This document shows, one piece after another, positions 45,888-54,602 of a stretch of DNA of 64,000 bases (position 1 is the stretch's first letter; each line of letters starts with the position of its first letter). Position numbers and translations under genes: made by a program. This stretch comes from a virus. Its lineage: Duplodnaviria; Caudoviricetes. Below the pieces are notes generated by a model, which made no database searches, was not told the origin of the DNA, and saw only the letters and a program-made list of their open reading frames with translations. The stretch lies in IMG/VR virus record IMGVR_UViG_3300032327_000792. The stretch is one strand, 5' to 3'.

Positions 45888-46190
45888 TCAAAGTTTACCT
45901 AGCAATTTGTCAGTTTCGGGTTGAACCATCTCTGCCACAGAGCCAATGTCTACAACAAAGTCTACATCAACTATTTCTGGATCTAGCTGTGTAAATGTTC
46001 TTGTAAGCAGTGCTTCAATTTCTTCTATGGCGAGTCCTTGTTTCTGTAGGGTATGTATGTTGATAGTACGCTGACGTTTGCCTTGAAGTTTGATTACTAC
46101 TTTCTTAATACACTCCAATGGCACATCAGTTTTGTTTACATCAGCGACTATACGTTCCCATCGATCTAAGAAATCATCACTGAGTTGCAT
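45888..46190 (-). CDS. Hypothetical protein (100 aa)
   Basis: Overlaps the upstream gene's stop; co-oriented with its neighbours. Confidence 0.7.
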   Translation of the reverse strand: MQLSDDFLDRWERIVADVNKTDVPLECIKKVVIKLQGKRQRTINIHTLQKQGLAIEEIEALLTRTFTQLDPEIVDVDFVVDIGSVAEMVQPETDKLLGKL

Positions 46191-46893
46191 CCGCTACCGC
46201 CTTAGATACTTTACTAGGACGACCGCGTTTGGCTGGTTGCTCAGTAGGAATCTTTGTGGCAGTCACAGTTGGATCCATACGTTCGGCTTCTTTCTTCATA
46301 CGTGCAGCTTCAGCAATAAGACCTTTGGCCTCAGCTTCCATACGTGTGGCTTGTGCCAACATATTGCCGGCAATAGCACGATCATCTAGGGCACTATCTT
46401 GTGAAGCTTGTGCTCTTGATACTTGTGCTTGTGCTTGGCGACCTTCTTTAAATGCTTGTTCAGCAGCACGTTTGGTAGGCGCATCAACCATGCCACGTGA
46501 GGCATCATTTTGTGCCATACGCTTGATAGCATCTTCACCTTGCTTCATTTCATTCAACATCTTGTTTAGTTCATCAAGACGGATTTTTGAGTCTGACCTT
46601 GGGGTTACAATGACGTCAGCTGTGCGAACCTTCTTGATCATGTTTTCTCTGTGTAGAGTTTCAAGTACTGCGCGACCATCTGGTAACAATGTACGATGCA
46701 ATGCATTGGCAAACTCTTCTGCTTGTTGACCCATGTCACTTTCTAATGCTCGCATAATTGCATCTTCCCATGGTGCTGGCAATACGTCTGGATAGATTAC
46801 CAAACACATATGACCTTCGTTGGGTACTTCTCTAAACAAAATAACCGTTCTACGGTCGCCGTGTTTGCCTACGTGTTTTAAAAAATTACTCAT
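46177..46893 (-). CDS. Hypothetical protein with a predicted coiled-coil C-terminus
   Basis: AGGAGA RBS before the ATG at 46893 (MSNFLKHVGKH...); A/E/K/Q-rich helical C-terminus. Confidence 0.75.
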   Translation of the reverse strand: MSNFLKHVGKHGDRRTVILFREVPNEGHMCLVIYPDVLPAPWEDAIMRALESDMGQQAEEFANALHRTLLPDGRAVLETLHRENMIKKVRTADVIVTPRSDSKIRLDELNKMLNEMKQGEDAIKRMAQNDASRGMVDAPTKRAAEQAFKEGRQAQAQVSRAQASQDSALDDRAIAGNMLAQATRMEAEAKGLIAEAARMKKEAERMDPTVTATKIPTEQPAKRGRPSKVSKAVADATQ

Positions 46894-47101
46894 TTGTTTC
46901 TCCTGTTGGATCATCTGATTGCTCAGAATCTGTTTGCTCTGCTTGAGCTATTACTGCTTCTAAAAATTGACTCAGCTTGTTGTAAAGCAAGCCTATGTCG
47001 GCCAACTCGTTGGCTCGGAATGCGCCACGTGTGCTGGCAAGATCAATGATGTTTCTGATGGCATCAAGGTCTTGTACTGTGATTTGTTGTTGATTTTCCA
47101 T
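46886..47101 (-). CDS. Hypothetical acidic protein (71 aa)
   Basis: Preceded by a minus-strand TAAATA box at 47107-47112; 'DLASTRGAFRANEL' segment. Confidence 0.7.
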   Translation of the reverse strand: MENQQQITVQDLDAIRNIIDLASTRGAFRANELADIGLLYNKLSQFLEAVIAQAEQTDSEQSDDPTGETNE

Positions 47102-47114
47102 ATAGATATTTAAT

Positions 47115-47149
47115 AAAAAAATATGCTGTGATAAAATAAATCACAGCAT
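47115..47149 (-). terminator. Intrinsic terminator
   Basis: 10-bp perfect stem ATGCTGTGAT/ATCACAGCAT followed by a T run on the minus strand. Confidence 0.75.
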
Positions 47150-47175
47150 TTTGTTACCAAATCTGGGAAGTTTGG

Positions 47176-47358
47176 TTAGATTGATCCACCTTTGTTGTAG
47201 AACAAGTAGTTAATATAGGCAACACCAAAATAAACAACAGCACCTACATAGTCACCTCTGCCCAATGAAAGCAATCCACTGTAACACAAGAATCCAATAA
47301 GGAACCAAGTAATTTCAATATGATTTGTCAAATACCACGATCTAAATTTTTGTAACAT
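47176..47358 (-). CDS. Small membrane protein (60 aa, about two TM segments)
   Basis: MLQKFRSW...TWFLIGFLCYSGLLSLG...GAVVYFGVAYINYLFY; start moved from the track's 47424. Confidence 0.6.
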   Translation of the reverse strand: MLQKFRSWYLTNHIEITWFLIGFLCYSGLLSLGRGDYVGAVVYFGVAYINYLFYNKGGSI

Positions 47359-47476
47359 TTTTATTTTCAATCTTGTGTTTGCGAAAATCGCATAGTTTAT
47401 GATAGCCCATTTGATAACAGGCACAATGTTTTCCCAGAATCTTCTTGGCCAGCCACTGTCTAAATTTTACAATCAT
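47342..47476 (-). CDS. 44-aa Cys/His-containing basic micro-protein (not in the ORF track)
   Basis: MIVKFRQWLAKKILGKHCACYQMGYHKLCDFRKHKIENKNVTKI*; ATGA-coupled to the upstream ORF. Confidence 0.62.
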   Translation of the reverse strand: MIVKFRQWLAKKILGKHCACYQMGYHKLCDFRKHKIENKNVTKI

Positions 47477-47640
47477 GGCGGAGAACACTGAGCAGAGTTG
47501 GTCATTGGATAGCACATTTTTTCACCATCCCACGTTTGTCCACACCAGCATTTACCTTCGGGATCAATTACACAGGCGTCACTGCCACAGCAACGAGTGT
47601 CCATGTATTCACCTACGGTAGTAAATTTTAAATCGTTCAT
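47473..47640 (-). CDS. 55-aa micro-protein with seven cysteines (not in the ORF track)
   Basis: MNDLKFTTVGEYMDTRCCGSDACVIDPEGKCWCGQTWDGEKMCYPMTNSAQCSPP*; its ATG abuts the upstream TAA. Confidence 0.72.
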   Translation of the reverse strand: MNDLKFTTVGEYMDTRCCGSDACVIDPEGKCWCGQTWDGEKMCYPMTNSAQCSPP

Positions 47641-47820
47641 TTAGGCTCCGTAGTATCCTTGAGAATTTTCAAGATTTCGATCTTGCAACAGTTGATCTAC
47701 TTTAAGTACAGCTTCGGCTCGTTCTTGATCAGTCATTTCGTAGCACTTGGGCTGGCGAGCAAGATCACGCATCAAAGGATAGCTAAAATTTGGTTGTGGC
47801 TGAAACAATCGTCGGATCAT
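47641..47820 (-). CDS. Hypothetical protein (59 aa)
   Basis: ATGA-coupled start at 47820 (MIRRLFQPQ...). Confidence 0.6.
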   Translation of the reverse strand: MIRRLFQPQPNFSYPLMRDLARQPKCYEMTDQERAEAVLKVDQLLQDRNLENSQGYYGA

Positions 47821-49100
47821 TTGAATTCCTCGTAGTAAGCATGCTGTCCCCATGGCGGAACCACGTTTGTATTGCCATGTATGATAAACACAGTATCACA
47901 ATAGTTTTCATCACCCCACGATCCAAATGGATAACCGTCAGTGAACATAATATGACGCTTGGGCTGGATATCATTTTCTTTGAAATATTCAAACACACAG
48001 TCAAAGTCAGTGCCACCACCACCGTGAATTTCATAATCCACTAGATTGTCCAAGTTCTCTGAATCGTAGGTAGCTGGATTGTACACAGCAGTATCAAACG
48101 AAATCACATGCAGTTTAAAAGCCGGAAAACTATCCATGATACCTTGAGTTTCCGATAGTATATCTTTGAGTACAGCTTCTCCCATGGATCCGGACGCATC
48201 AATACTGATAGCAAGATCAATCATTTCATCATTCTTTGTGCCCGGCATGATAGCATCCATGTGCCAACCACGTCTGCTGGCACGCATCCAGGTATAGTCT
48301 GACTTGATGGTTGACTCTAATTGCATACGCAACAGTTCACGCCAGTTCATCTTAGGCTCAGTCATGTCTTGAATGAGACGTTTGACACCTGCTGGTAAAT
48401 TGCCTGCACCGTCTGATGCTGCAACCGCCGCTAGTACAGCTTCTTTGATTTCGTCACGGATAGCGGCCTTGTCTGCAGCACTGAGTTTGGGACGACCTTT
48501 GCCATCTTTGCCTTCCCCTTCTCCGCCGGATCCTTTACCGTCTTCATCGCCGTCCATGTGCTCGTCCAACAACTTGTTGATCAGGTCGTCAATATTGATC
48601 TTTTCGGCGTTTTCATACAACTTGTCGTAGATTTCTTCGGAACTCATACCGTCGTATTTTGAATCATGCAAGCAAGGCACTGAAGTAATTTTTTCACCTA
48701 CTCTGTGTTTGACCAAGTCTGCGTTCACACAATAATCGTTGGCAATGTTCCAAAGCTGTGGGTCTCGATCACCCCTACGACCAAAGTGATCATACACACA
48801 ATGCAACACTTCGTGACCAAACAAGAACTCCAATTCTTTGGGACGAAGCATGTTTACAAAACGAGTATTGTAGTAGAAGTTACGACCGTCTGTGGCAGCA
48901 GTAGGACACCATTCGTCGGCATTGACCAATTTCAAACGAGTGGCCAAGTTACCAAAGAAACTGGCTCGTAGCAACAAACCCACACGAGCAGTGATCAGCT
49001 TTTCGCGTACATCACGATCTTCTGCAGGATCAGTTGGACCAATCAAATTGGCAAACTTGTCTGCTTCTTTGGAATCTGCTGTGGTACCTTTTGCGCTCAT
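47817..49100 (-). CDS. Putative metallopeptidase-vWA domain protein (DUF2201-type)
   Basis: 'TAATDG', HExxH 'GHEVLH', Gly/acidic linker, MIDAS 'IDASGS', 'GGGGTDF', 'FTDG'. Confidence 0.88.
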   Translation of the reverse strand: MSAKGTTADSKEADKFANLIGPTDPAEDRDVREKLITARVGLLLRASFFGNLATRLKLVNADEWCPTAATDGRNFYYNTRFVNMLRPKELEFLFGHEVLHCVYDHFGRRGDRDPQLWNIANDYCVNADLVKHRVGEKITSVPCLHDSKYDGMSSEEIYDKLYENAEKINIDDLINKLLDEHMDGDEDGKGSGGEGEGKDGKGRPKLSAADKAAIRDEIKEAVLAAVAASDGAGNLPAGVKRLIQDMTEPKMNWRELLRMQLESTIKSDYTWMRASRRGWHMDAIMPGTKNDEMIDLAISIDASGSMGEAVLKDILSETQGIMDSFPAFKLHVISFDTAVYNPATYDSENLDNLVDYEIHGGGGTDFDCVFEYFKENDIQPKRHIMFTDGYPFGSWGDENYCDTVFIIHGNTNVVPPWGQHAYYEEFK

Positions 49101-49127
49101 ATAAGTCCTTATTTCTTAATATAGTAT

Positions 49128-49156
49128 ATTATACTGTATGTACCATTTCTGGTCAA
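49128..49156 (-). promoter_or_regulatory. sigma70-type early promoter (TTGACC class)
   Basis: TTGACC-17 nt-TATAAT; AAGGA RBS downstream. Confidence 0.75.
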
Positions 49157-49161
49157 CCATG

Positions 49162-49187
49162 AAAAAGCCCACTCACAGTGGGCTTTT
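49162..49187 (-). terminator. Intrinsic terminator after the porin gene (possibly bidirectional)
   Basis: AAAAGCCCAC-TCACA-GTGGGCTTTT hairpin with A and T runs on either side. Confidence 0.8.
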
Positions 49188-49206
49188 CTTCTTCTAAATC
49201 AGCAAC

Positions 49207-50298
49207 TTAGAATGCGTGACGAATGCCAAATCCAAATTGTTCAACTTCGGTTTTTGCCAATGAATCTTTAGTTTCAGTGTTGGATGCACCATAAGCAACA
49301 TAACCGGTTGTACGCTTGCTAAAAGCATATAGAGCAGCAACTTGATATCCGCTCAAGTCTTGTTTGGTTGTTGTGGTAGGTTTATTCTCGCCACTGAAGT
49401 AAGAGGTCTGGAGAGTCGTCTTACCGAATGGAATAGCAACGCCAACTTCTGCTACCTTCTTGTTGTTGATAACGTTGCTTGACCCATTGAGGTCTTTGCC
49501 TTGTGCGTAAGTAACAAAAGCCTTGGCCACTGTAAAGTCGTAGTTGGCACCAAACACCAACTGCTCCGGATTGCTACCGGTTGTTGCGCCAGCAATTCTT
49601 GCACCATCCAAAGTTTTATCTTCTTTGGAATAACCAATCATGGCATTCAGCTGGCCAGCTGAATAAGCAATACCCAGACCTGTTTCTTTTGCCTGATCTG
49701 CGGTTGTAACAGTAGTGGCTTGATTGTTACGCTCGCCAAATGCTGCTTGAATTGTAAATCCAGCAAAGTTTGGTGAGGTGTAGTTAATCAAGCGATCGCT
49801 ACGTGTGTTATTCAATTTTGTTGAGCTTGTGTAAGCACGACCAATAAAATTATTGCCTGCGCCAACGTCACCAACAAACCATGCTTTTTCAGAAATAGTT
49901 GTTTGACGGCCAATGTCCAACGAACCAAAAGAACCTGACAAACCAACAGTGGCAATACGAGTAGTCATATTACCAGCGGCATCAGTGCCCGAGTCTACGT
50001 CGGTAGCAGTACCATCAGTGTCGGACAAACCAAACTCATAGACAAAATTAGCTTTTAAACCACTACCTAGGTCTTCGGTACCTCTAAAACCCAAACGGCT
50101 TGATGTATAAGCACCGCCATTGCCTGTGGTTTTATCTTTGACTGATGTGGTTACACCAGCTGTACTGGTCGTATCAGTGGTTGTTGAGGTAATACCGCCG
50201 TCAACAATGCCGTATATGGTAATTGTGGATTGAGCGTGTGCTGTTGTTACAAACAATGACGATACCAAAACCGCCATTAACATTTTATTAAACTTCAT
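49207..50298 (-). CDS. Gram-negative general diffusion porin (Burkholderiales/Neisseria-type)
   Basis: Signal peptide ending AHA; 'ITIYGIVDGG', 'SRLGFRGTEDLGSGLKANF', 'YAFSKRTTGYVAY'; C-terminal 'GIRHAF' ending in Phe. Confidence 0.92.
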   Translation of the reverse strand: MKFNKMLMAVLVSSLFVTTAHAQSTITIYGIVDGGITSTTTDTTSTAGVTTSVKDKTTGNGGAYTSSRLGFRGTEDLGSGLKANFVYEFGLSDTDGTATDVDSGTDAAGNMTTRIATVGLSGSFGSLDIGRQTTISEKAWFVGDVGAGNNFIGRAYTSSTKLNNTRSDRLINYTSPNFAGFTIQAAFGERNNQATTVTTADQAKETGLGIAYSAGQLNAMIGYSKEDKTLDGARIAGATTGSNPEQLVFGANYDFTVAKAFVTYAQGKDLNGSSNVINNKKVAEVGVAIPFGKTTLQTSYFSGENKPTTTTKQDLSGYQVAALYAFSKRTTGYVAYGASNTETKDSLAKTEVEQFGFGIRHAF

Positions 50299-50403
50299 AG
50301 TTTTCCTTATTAAGAGTGTATATTAATGTCACAGAGACTGGACCTCATTGTCAATGTTTCTGTAAAGGTTAATAAGCTGAGTAGAAAGGGTCTACCTACA
50401 GAT

Positions 50404-50501
50404 GGCGTTCTGAACGTATCACGTTAGTAAATGAGTAGTTACTCAAAGCGTCAATTTGAAGTCTGACGTCAACAGATTGTCGGCGTTGCTAATATTATTT
50501 A
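50404..50501 (-). ncRNA. Candidate structured 5' leader of the porin gene (motif copy B) with a TAAATA box
   Basis: Minus strand: TAAATA-N5-AGCAACGCC...TGACGC-[TGAGT/ACTCA]-TTTACT-[AACGT/ACGTT]-CAGAACGCC. Confidence 0.5.
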
Positions 50502-50537
50502 GTCCAGCAATATCAGCAGAAATATTTTGGTTATACG

Positions 50538-50804
50538 TTATAGCTCACGAGCCTGTAGTTTGATCCAGGTCATTTGTTTTGGTGGGCATTTTTCATGAAT
50601 CTCACGTCCATGTTCTCGGGCCAACACAAGACCATTGGCATTTTCTATCCATGTACGTATGGACATTCGATAACAGTGGTTATGTATAATTTTCATACCA
50701 GTACTACTTTCATCTGGATGGTAACCACGTAGGAAAGCATATCTACCAATGGGTCGATCAAACAGCGTGATACCTTCTGGAAACTCGTAATAGTAATCAA
50801 TCAT
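50538..50804 (-). CDS. Hypothetical protein (88 aa)
   Basis: Overlaps the upstream gene's stop by 8 nt. Confidence 0.6.
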   Translation of the reverse strand: MIDYYYEFPEGITLFDRPIGRYAFLRGYHPDESSTGMKIIHNHCYRMSIRTWIENANGLVLAREHGREIHEKCPPKQMTWIKLQAREL

Positions 50805-51135
50805 CTACATAACCGGGTTGATTTGGATGGCTCAGCACAAACCAGTTTAGTTCCTGATCCGATCGTACATAGATTCTGTATTCATTGTACTTGATTGAGT
50901 ATGCCCAATGCAGGTTAAAATCGGTGGCTTGAGTGCGACCTATTTGCGAACGAGTTTCAACGTCCTGACTCCATCCGTAGGTTTCGTTGAACCAGCGACG
51001 ACTACGATCAAATTCCAACACACCTTGATTGCTTCTGATGTACATGGATTCGTGAGTTTTCTTGAACTCAATCATGTAAGCAAACTGATCGTTCCAAGCG
51101 TGTCTGCGATCTAGTTGGGTCATTTCATAATTCAT
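50797..51135 (-). CDS. Hypothetical protein (112 aa)
   Basis: Co-oriented ORF after the AAA gene. Confidence 0.65.
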   Translation of the reverse strand: MNYEMTQLDRRHAWNDQFAYMIEFKKTHESMYIRSNQGVLEFDRSRRWFNETYGWSQDVETRSQIGRTQATDFNLHWAYSIKYNEYRIYVRSDQELNWFVLSHPNQPGYVDD

Positions 51136-51147
51136 CTCTTACCTTGC

Positions 51148-51203
51148 AAAAAGAAGGAAGGCAGTGCGAACACAGCCTGTGAATACAACCACACCACCCT
51201 CCT
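51148..51203 (-). terminator. Long hairpin with a T run after the AAA gene
   Basis: Minus strand AGGAGGGTGGTGT...GCACTGCCTTCCT (about 13 bp including G-U pairs, large loop), then TCTTTTT. Confidence 0.45.
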
Positions 51204-51211
51204 GTAACCTA

Positions 51212-52297
51212 TTAGGCAGATGCCTGTAAAATGTACTTGCCATAACGCTGATGGAATTCATCAAAGTTTTTCAGCTTAGTAGGCTGGAACGGTAAGTTAT
51301 AAGTGGTAAGAGCAATTCTAGCACCCATTACAACCAACTCAGTTTCAAAGTTCTTCATCATGTAAGCAAAGAAGCGGTCTGCCATTTCGTGGAACTGTTT
51401 GTCTGCAACCTTCTTCTCCACAGCACCTTTTAGTTCGTAGCACATAGAGATCACCAATGAGTACATGGCCGATACTTCTTTGACATCCAAGGTATCAACC
51501 TTGCCTGCCAAGATATCTTCTGGCCGGGGCATACGTCCAGCAATCTTACGATGAGCCATAAACTTCACAGCCAGGCCTTCGCCTACTGTGCCTGCTACCA
51601 AGTTGGTGATAGTGTCATCGTCGCCATCTTCGTCCTCCAACAATTCACTTACGAATGTCCATGAACGTGGTGTAGCAAAAGCGCGACTAGCAGATTTGGC
51701 ATCAAATTCATACAAGTCTTGTTTGGCAAAACTCAAATAACCCACCACATCCTTGTGGATGTTGTTTTGAACTGCCCACTCTTGCCAAGAAGCAAAGTCT
51801 ACCTTCATTTCTTGGTGCACAAAACGATTGGCCAACGGCGTGGGCATACGATATGTAACGCCACGGTCGCTTTCACGGTTACCTGCAGCCACCATGACCA
51901 CATTCTCGGGCAAGACGTATTTGCCAACTCGGCGATTCAAGATCAGTTGATAGGCAGCGGCCTGTACTGACGGAGCCGCAGAGTTCATTTCGTCCAAGAA
52001 CAATATCACAACTGGATAGTCTTTGGCAAATTCTTCTGTAGGCAAATCCACTGGTTCAGCCCAGTCCATTTTGCCTGAGTCCTTGTTGTAGAAAGGAATA
52101 CCACGAATGTCAGTGGGCTCCATTTGACCCAAACGTAAGTCAATCATGTAACCACCTAGTTCTTTGGCCAAGTCGGCAACCAACTCAGACTTACCAATAC
52201 CAGGAGGACCCCATAGGAACAATGGGCGTTGTTTTTTAAATGCTTTGAGCAAACTCTTACGAGCTTGAACCGAAGTAACTGTTCTTGTTTCTGACAT
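51212..52297 (-). CDS. MoxR-type AAA+ ATPase
   Basis: Walker A 'GPPGIGKS', 'EPTDIRGIP', Walker B 'LFLDEMN', 'AAGN', 'PLANRF', 'TPRSW'. Confidence 0.9.
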   Translation of the reverse strand: MSETRTVTSVQARKSLLKAFKKQRPLFLWGPPGIGKSELVADLAKELGGYMIDLRLGQMEPTDIRGIPFYNKDSGKMDWAEPVDLPTEEFAKDYPVVILFLDEMNSAAPSVQAAAYQLILNRRVGKYVLPENVVMVAAGNRESDRGVTYRMPTPLANRFVHQEMKVDFASWQEWAVQNNIHKDVVGYLSFAKQDLYEFDAKSASRAFATPRSWTFVSELLEDEDGDDDTITNLVAGTVGEGLAVKFMAHRKIAGRMPRPEDILAGKVDTLDVKEVSAMYSLVISMCYELKGAVEKKVADKQFHEMADRFFAYMMKNFETELVVMGARIALTTYNLPFQPTKLKNFDEFHQRYGKYILQASA

Positions 52298-52344
52298 GGC
52301 TGTGTCCTTAATCAAAGTTTAACAAAATTTAATACTGTAGAACT

Positions 52345-52373
52345 ATTGTACTGCAAACTGCAATACTGGTCAA
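52345..52373 (-). promoter_or_regulatory. sigma70-type early promoter (TTGACC class)
   Basis: TTGACC-17 nt-TACAAT. Confidence 0.72.
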
Positions 52374-52476
52374 CTGTGCTGGTTTTATTTTAGAGTCTAA
52401 AACCAGCAAAATTTGACTGCTTCGGTTCTGGGGTATCAAGGCTCCCCAAGGCAGGCACCTGCCCATTACGGCCTGT

Positions 52477-52821
52477 TTAATCTAGTCGGCTACCTGCGTA
52501 GGCACGGAAACCGTATTTCTCAAACACCTTCTGAGCGGCCAAGGCACCGGCTTCTTTGGTGTCAACGTTCTGAGCACCGTGTTCTGAAGGATTCCAAATT
52601 GAGAAACATTTCTTGTAGTCTGATCGTTCAATACCAGCGGCTTTTAGTGTTTTGCCTAGTTTGGTGTTGCCTTTGATACCGTAGATATCAACCCAAGCAA
52701 AACCACAGGCATACTGATCTTGTCCACCTAATCGGGTTTGAAAGTATTCATCAGCGGCCTTGCGAGCTTCTGCTTTGGCTTCTGCAACAATGTTTCGAAC
52801 TTGTTCTACTGTGTATTCCAT
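52477..52821 (-). CDS. Hypothetical early protein (114 aa)
   Basis: Has its own promoter and an AGGAG RBS; 'YACGFAWV' segment. Confidence 0.75.
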   Translation of the reverse strand: MEYTVEQVRNIVAEAKAEARKAADEYFQTRLGGQDQYACGFAWVDIYGIKGNTKLGKTLKAAGIERSDYKKCFSIWNPSEHGAQNVDTKEAGALAAQKVFEKYGFRAYAGSRLD

Positions 52822-52851
52822 TTTAGCTCCTAATGTTTAACTATATGTAAT

Positions 52852-52880
52852 ATTGTAACAAATTGGGTATTTTTGGTCAA
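52852..52880 (-). promoter_or_regulatory. sigma70-type early promoter (TTGACC class)
   Basis: TTGACC-17 nt-TACAAT; the leader TTAAACATTAGGAGC is shared with the promoter at 53422-53450. Confidence 0.75.
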
Positions 52881-52911
52881 CCTAACTGTTTGGGTTGCTA
52901 AGTCATTGATT

Positions 52912-53082
52912 TTAAACAGTTTTTTTACGGCTGGCATCCATAAAAGTTATCAATGCCTGTTGTTCTGTTTTGTTTAACTGTTTAAAATGACCCACCATGA
53001 GTTCCATGCCCTTTAATGGGTCTTCGATTTGATTGGCACCAAAAAAATCTTCAATGATTTCAAAGGCTTGCTCTATGATCAT
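52912..53082 (-). CDS. 56-aa hypothetical protein (not in the ORF track)
   Basis: MIIEQAFEIIEDFFGANQIEDPLKGMELMVGHFKQLNKTEQQALITFMDASRKKTV*; ATGA-coupled. Confidence 0.68.
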   Translation of the reverse strand: MIIEQAFEIIEDFFGANQIEDPLKGMELMVGHFKQLNKTEQQALITFMDASRKKTV

Positions 53083-53390
53083 AGGTAACGGGCTCCGTAC
53101 ACTGTGACCGCTGTACCTACACCACAGTTGGTGTCAAAAATACTGCCACGTGCTGTTTTGGCCGGAGCATTCCATCCTGCAGCCATCAAAATATCACCGT
53201 TGGATAAATCTACAAAGCTGTGAACAGTACGCTGATTGGATTCTTTGACAATCTTGGCATACTTGCGACCTTTGCTTAAGGTCATCTTTGGAACTTCTAG
53301 GTTTGGAAATCTGGTTTGATAATGTGTTTCAACCAGTCCTGTGAGTTTACGCATAAACAACTCTAATTGACGTTCTACATTCTTTTCCAT
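53079..53390 (-). CDS. Hypothetical early protein (103 aa)
   Basis: 'GRKYAKIV...VHSFVD...GDILMAAGWNAPAKTARGSIF'; own promoter and RBS. Confidence 0.75.
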   Translation of the reverse strand: MEKNVERQLELFMRKLTGLVETHYQTRFPNLEVPKMTLSKGRKYAKIVKESNQRTVHSFVDLSNGDILMAAGWNAPAKTARGSIFDTNCGVGTAVTVYGARYL

Positions 53391-53421
53391 TTTGGCTCCT
53401 AATGTTTAACTGTATAACAAC

Positions 53422-53450
53422 ATTATACCGTTTTAGGACTTTCTGGTCAA
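53422..53450 (-). promoter_or_regulatory. sigma70-type early promoter (TTGACC class)
   Basis: TTGACC-17 nt-TATAAT. Confidence 0.75.
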
Positions 53451-53471
53451 CCTTTTATAAAACGTCAAATA

Positions 53472-54602
53472 TCAAAGACTATCATTGGTCGGTAACTGAA
53501 TTAGATGGCTAAATTGATCTTGTTCGCCGGTGAATTGTATGTTTAGAATATAACGATCAACATTGCTATCATTAACAACAGCATGTGCAAAATTTTTATT
53601 GTTGATTATGGCATCGCCGTCTGGAAGTAATCCAAACCCTGAAAACTTCATCATATGCCCTGGGCTTTCATTTAATTTTATGTACAGACCACGTAACCCA
53701 GTGTCAGCATCCAGTCTTGATTTTGAGTAACCGTCTATGTGTGGATACAGGCAACATCCAGCTGGAAGATAGCCAACCCAGGCTGAGAATATATTGGTAA
53801 CAGGCAGAGATGAAATAAAAGAATAAATTTCCGGTATATCACCGGGATCACAAGTGAGTCTCTGTTGCCATGATTTTGTGTTGTTGCATTCAGGATCAAC
53901 AATAAACCATAGTTGCCAATTACGAGGTTCGCCATCTATCACAGTCATAGTGAGCTCTCCTAGGGTCTTGTCTTCGATACAGGAAAATTTTTCTTGGTTG
54001 ATTGCACGTACAGCTTCGGTTAACATGAGTTTTTTTTGCGAACAATCTAATCCAGAGTTGTAAGATAGCCATGGTATGTTGTGGTTGTGTAACCAGTGGT
54101 CGAGATGTACATTGTCGTAACATCCAAAATCAGTGTTGAATTTAAAAAAGTCCTTTATTATCTTGGGCCACTTCTCAGATAAACTTATGGATTGCGGCCA
54201 AAAAATTTGTCGATGTTCACTGATATCTAGTCCAAGTAATCCATTGAAATGTTTAGTAGCTGTCAATCCAACCCAGGAGGCCAATGGAGACATAAAAGGC
54301 AAGGTCCATGTTTTTAAATATGAGTTAAGTTCTATACATGGTTGTATTTTAGACCCTTGGATAAGTTCTCCCCAAGAAAGATACAGTAAATTGTTTAAAC
54401 CCAAGCTATCCCCGTCTATTAAAACATCAACAATCTTATAGTCATTCAATGAATCAATTGTTAGATAACTTAAATTAAACAGTGTATAGTCAGCATCTAT
54501 CTGTACGTGGGTGTCATTGACTTGACAAACAATTGCAGGTTGTCCATTGATTTTAAATTTCAAATCATGTTGATAAGCACGGTCAAATATAATAGTAATC
54601 AT
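53472..54602 (-). CDS. Protein with a C-terminal 2OG-Fe(II) oxygenase-like (Asp/Asn beta-hydroxylase-like) domain
   Basis: 'YLPAGCCLYPHIDG' (HxD)...'FAHAVVN' (distal His)...'DRYIL' (Arg); roughly 200-aa N-terminal region of unknown function. Confidence 0.65.
   Translation of the reverse strand: MITIIFDRAYQHDLKFKINGQPAIVCQVNDTHVQIDADYTLFNLSYLTIDSLNDYKIVDVLIDGDSLGLNNLLYLSWGELIQGSKIQPCIELNSYLKTWTLPFMSPLASWVGLTATKHFNGLLGLDISEHRQIFWPQSISLSEKWPKIIKDFFKFNTDFGCYDNVHLDHWLHNHNIPWLSYNSGLDCSQKKLMLTEAVRAINQEKFSCIEDKTLGELTMTVIDGEPRNWQLWFIVDPECNNTKSWQQRLTCDPGDIPEIYSFISSLPVTNIFSAWVGYLPAGCCLYPHIDGYSKSRLDADTGLRGLYIKLNESPGHMMKFSGFGLLPDGDAIINNKNFAHAVVNDSNVDRYILNIQFTGEQDQFSHLIQLPTNDSL

Noticed and set aside
46229-46729. 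166-aa plus-strand ORF rich in Ala/Ser/Arg
   Set aside because: Antisense reading of an Ala/Glu-rich coiled-coil gene; no RBS or promoter support.
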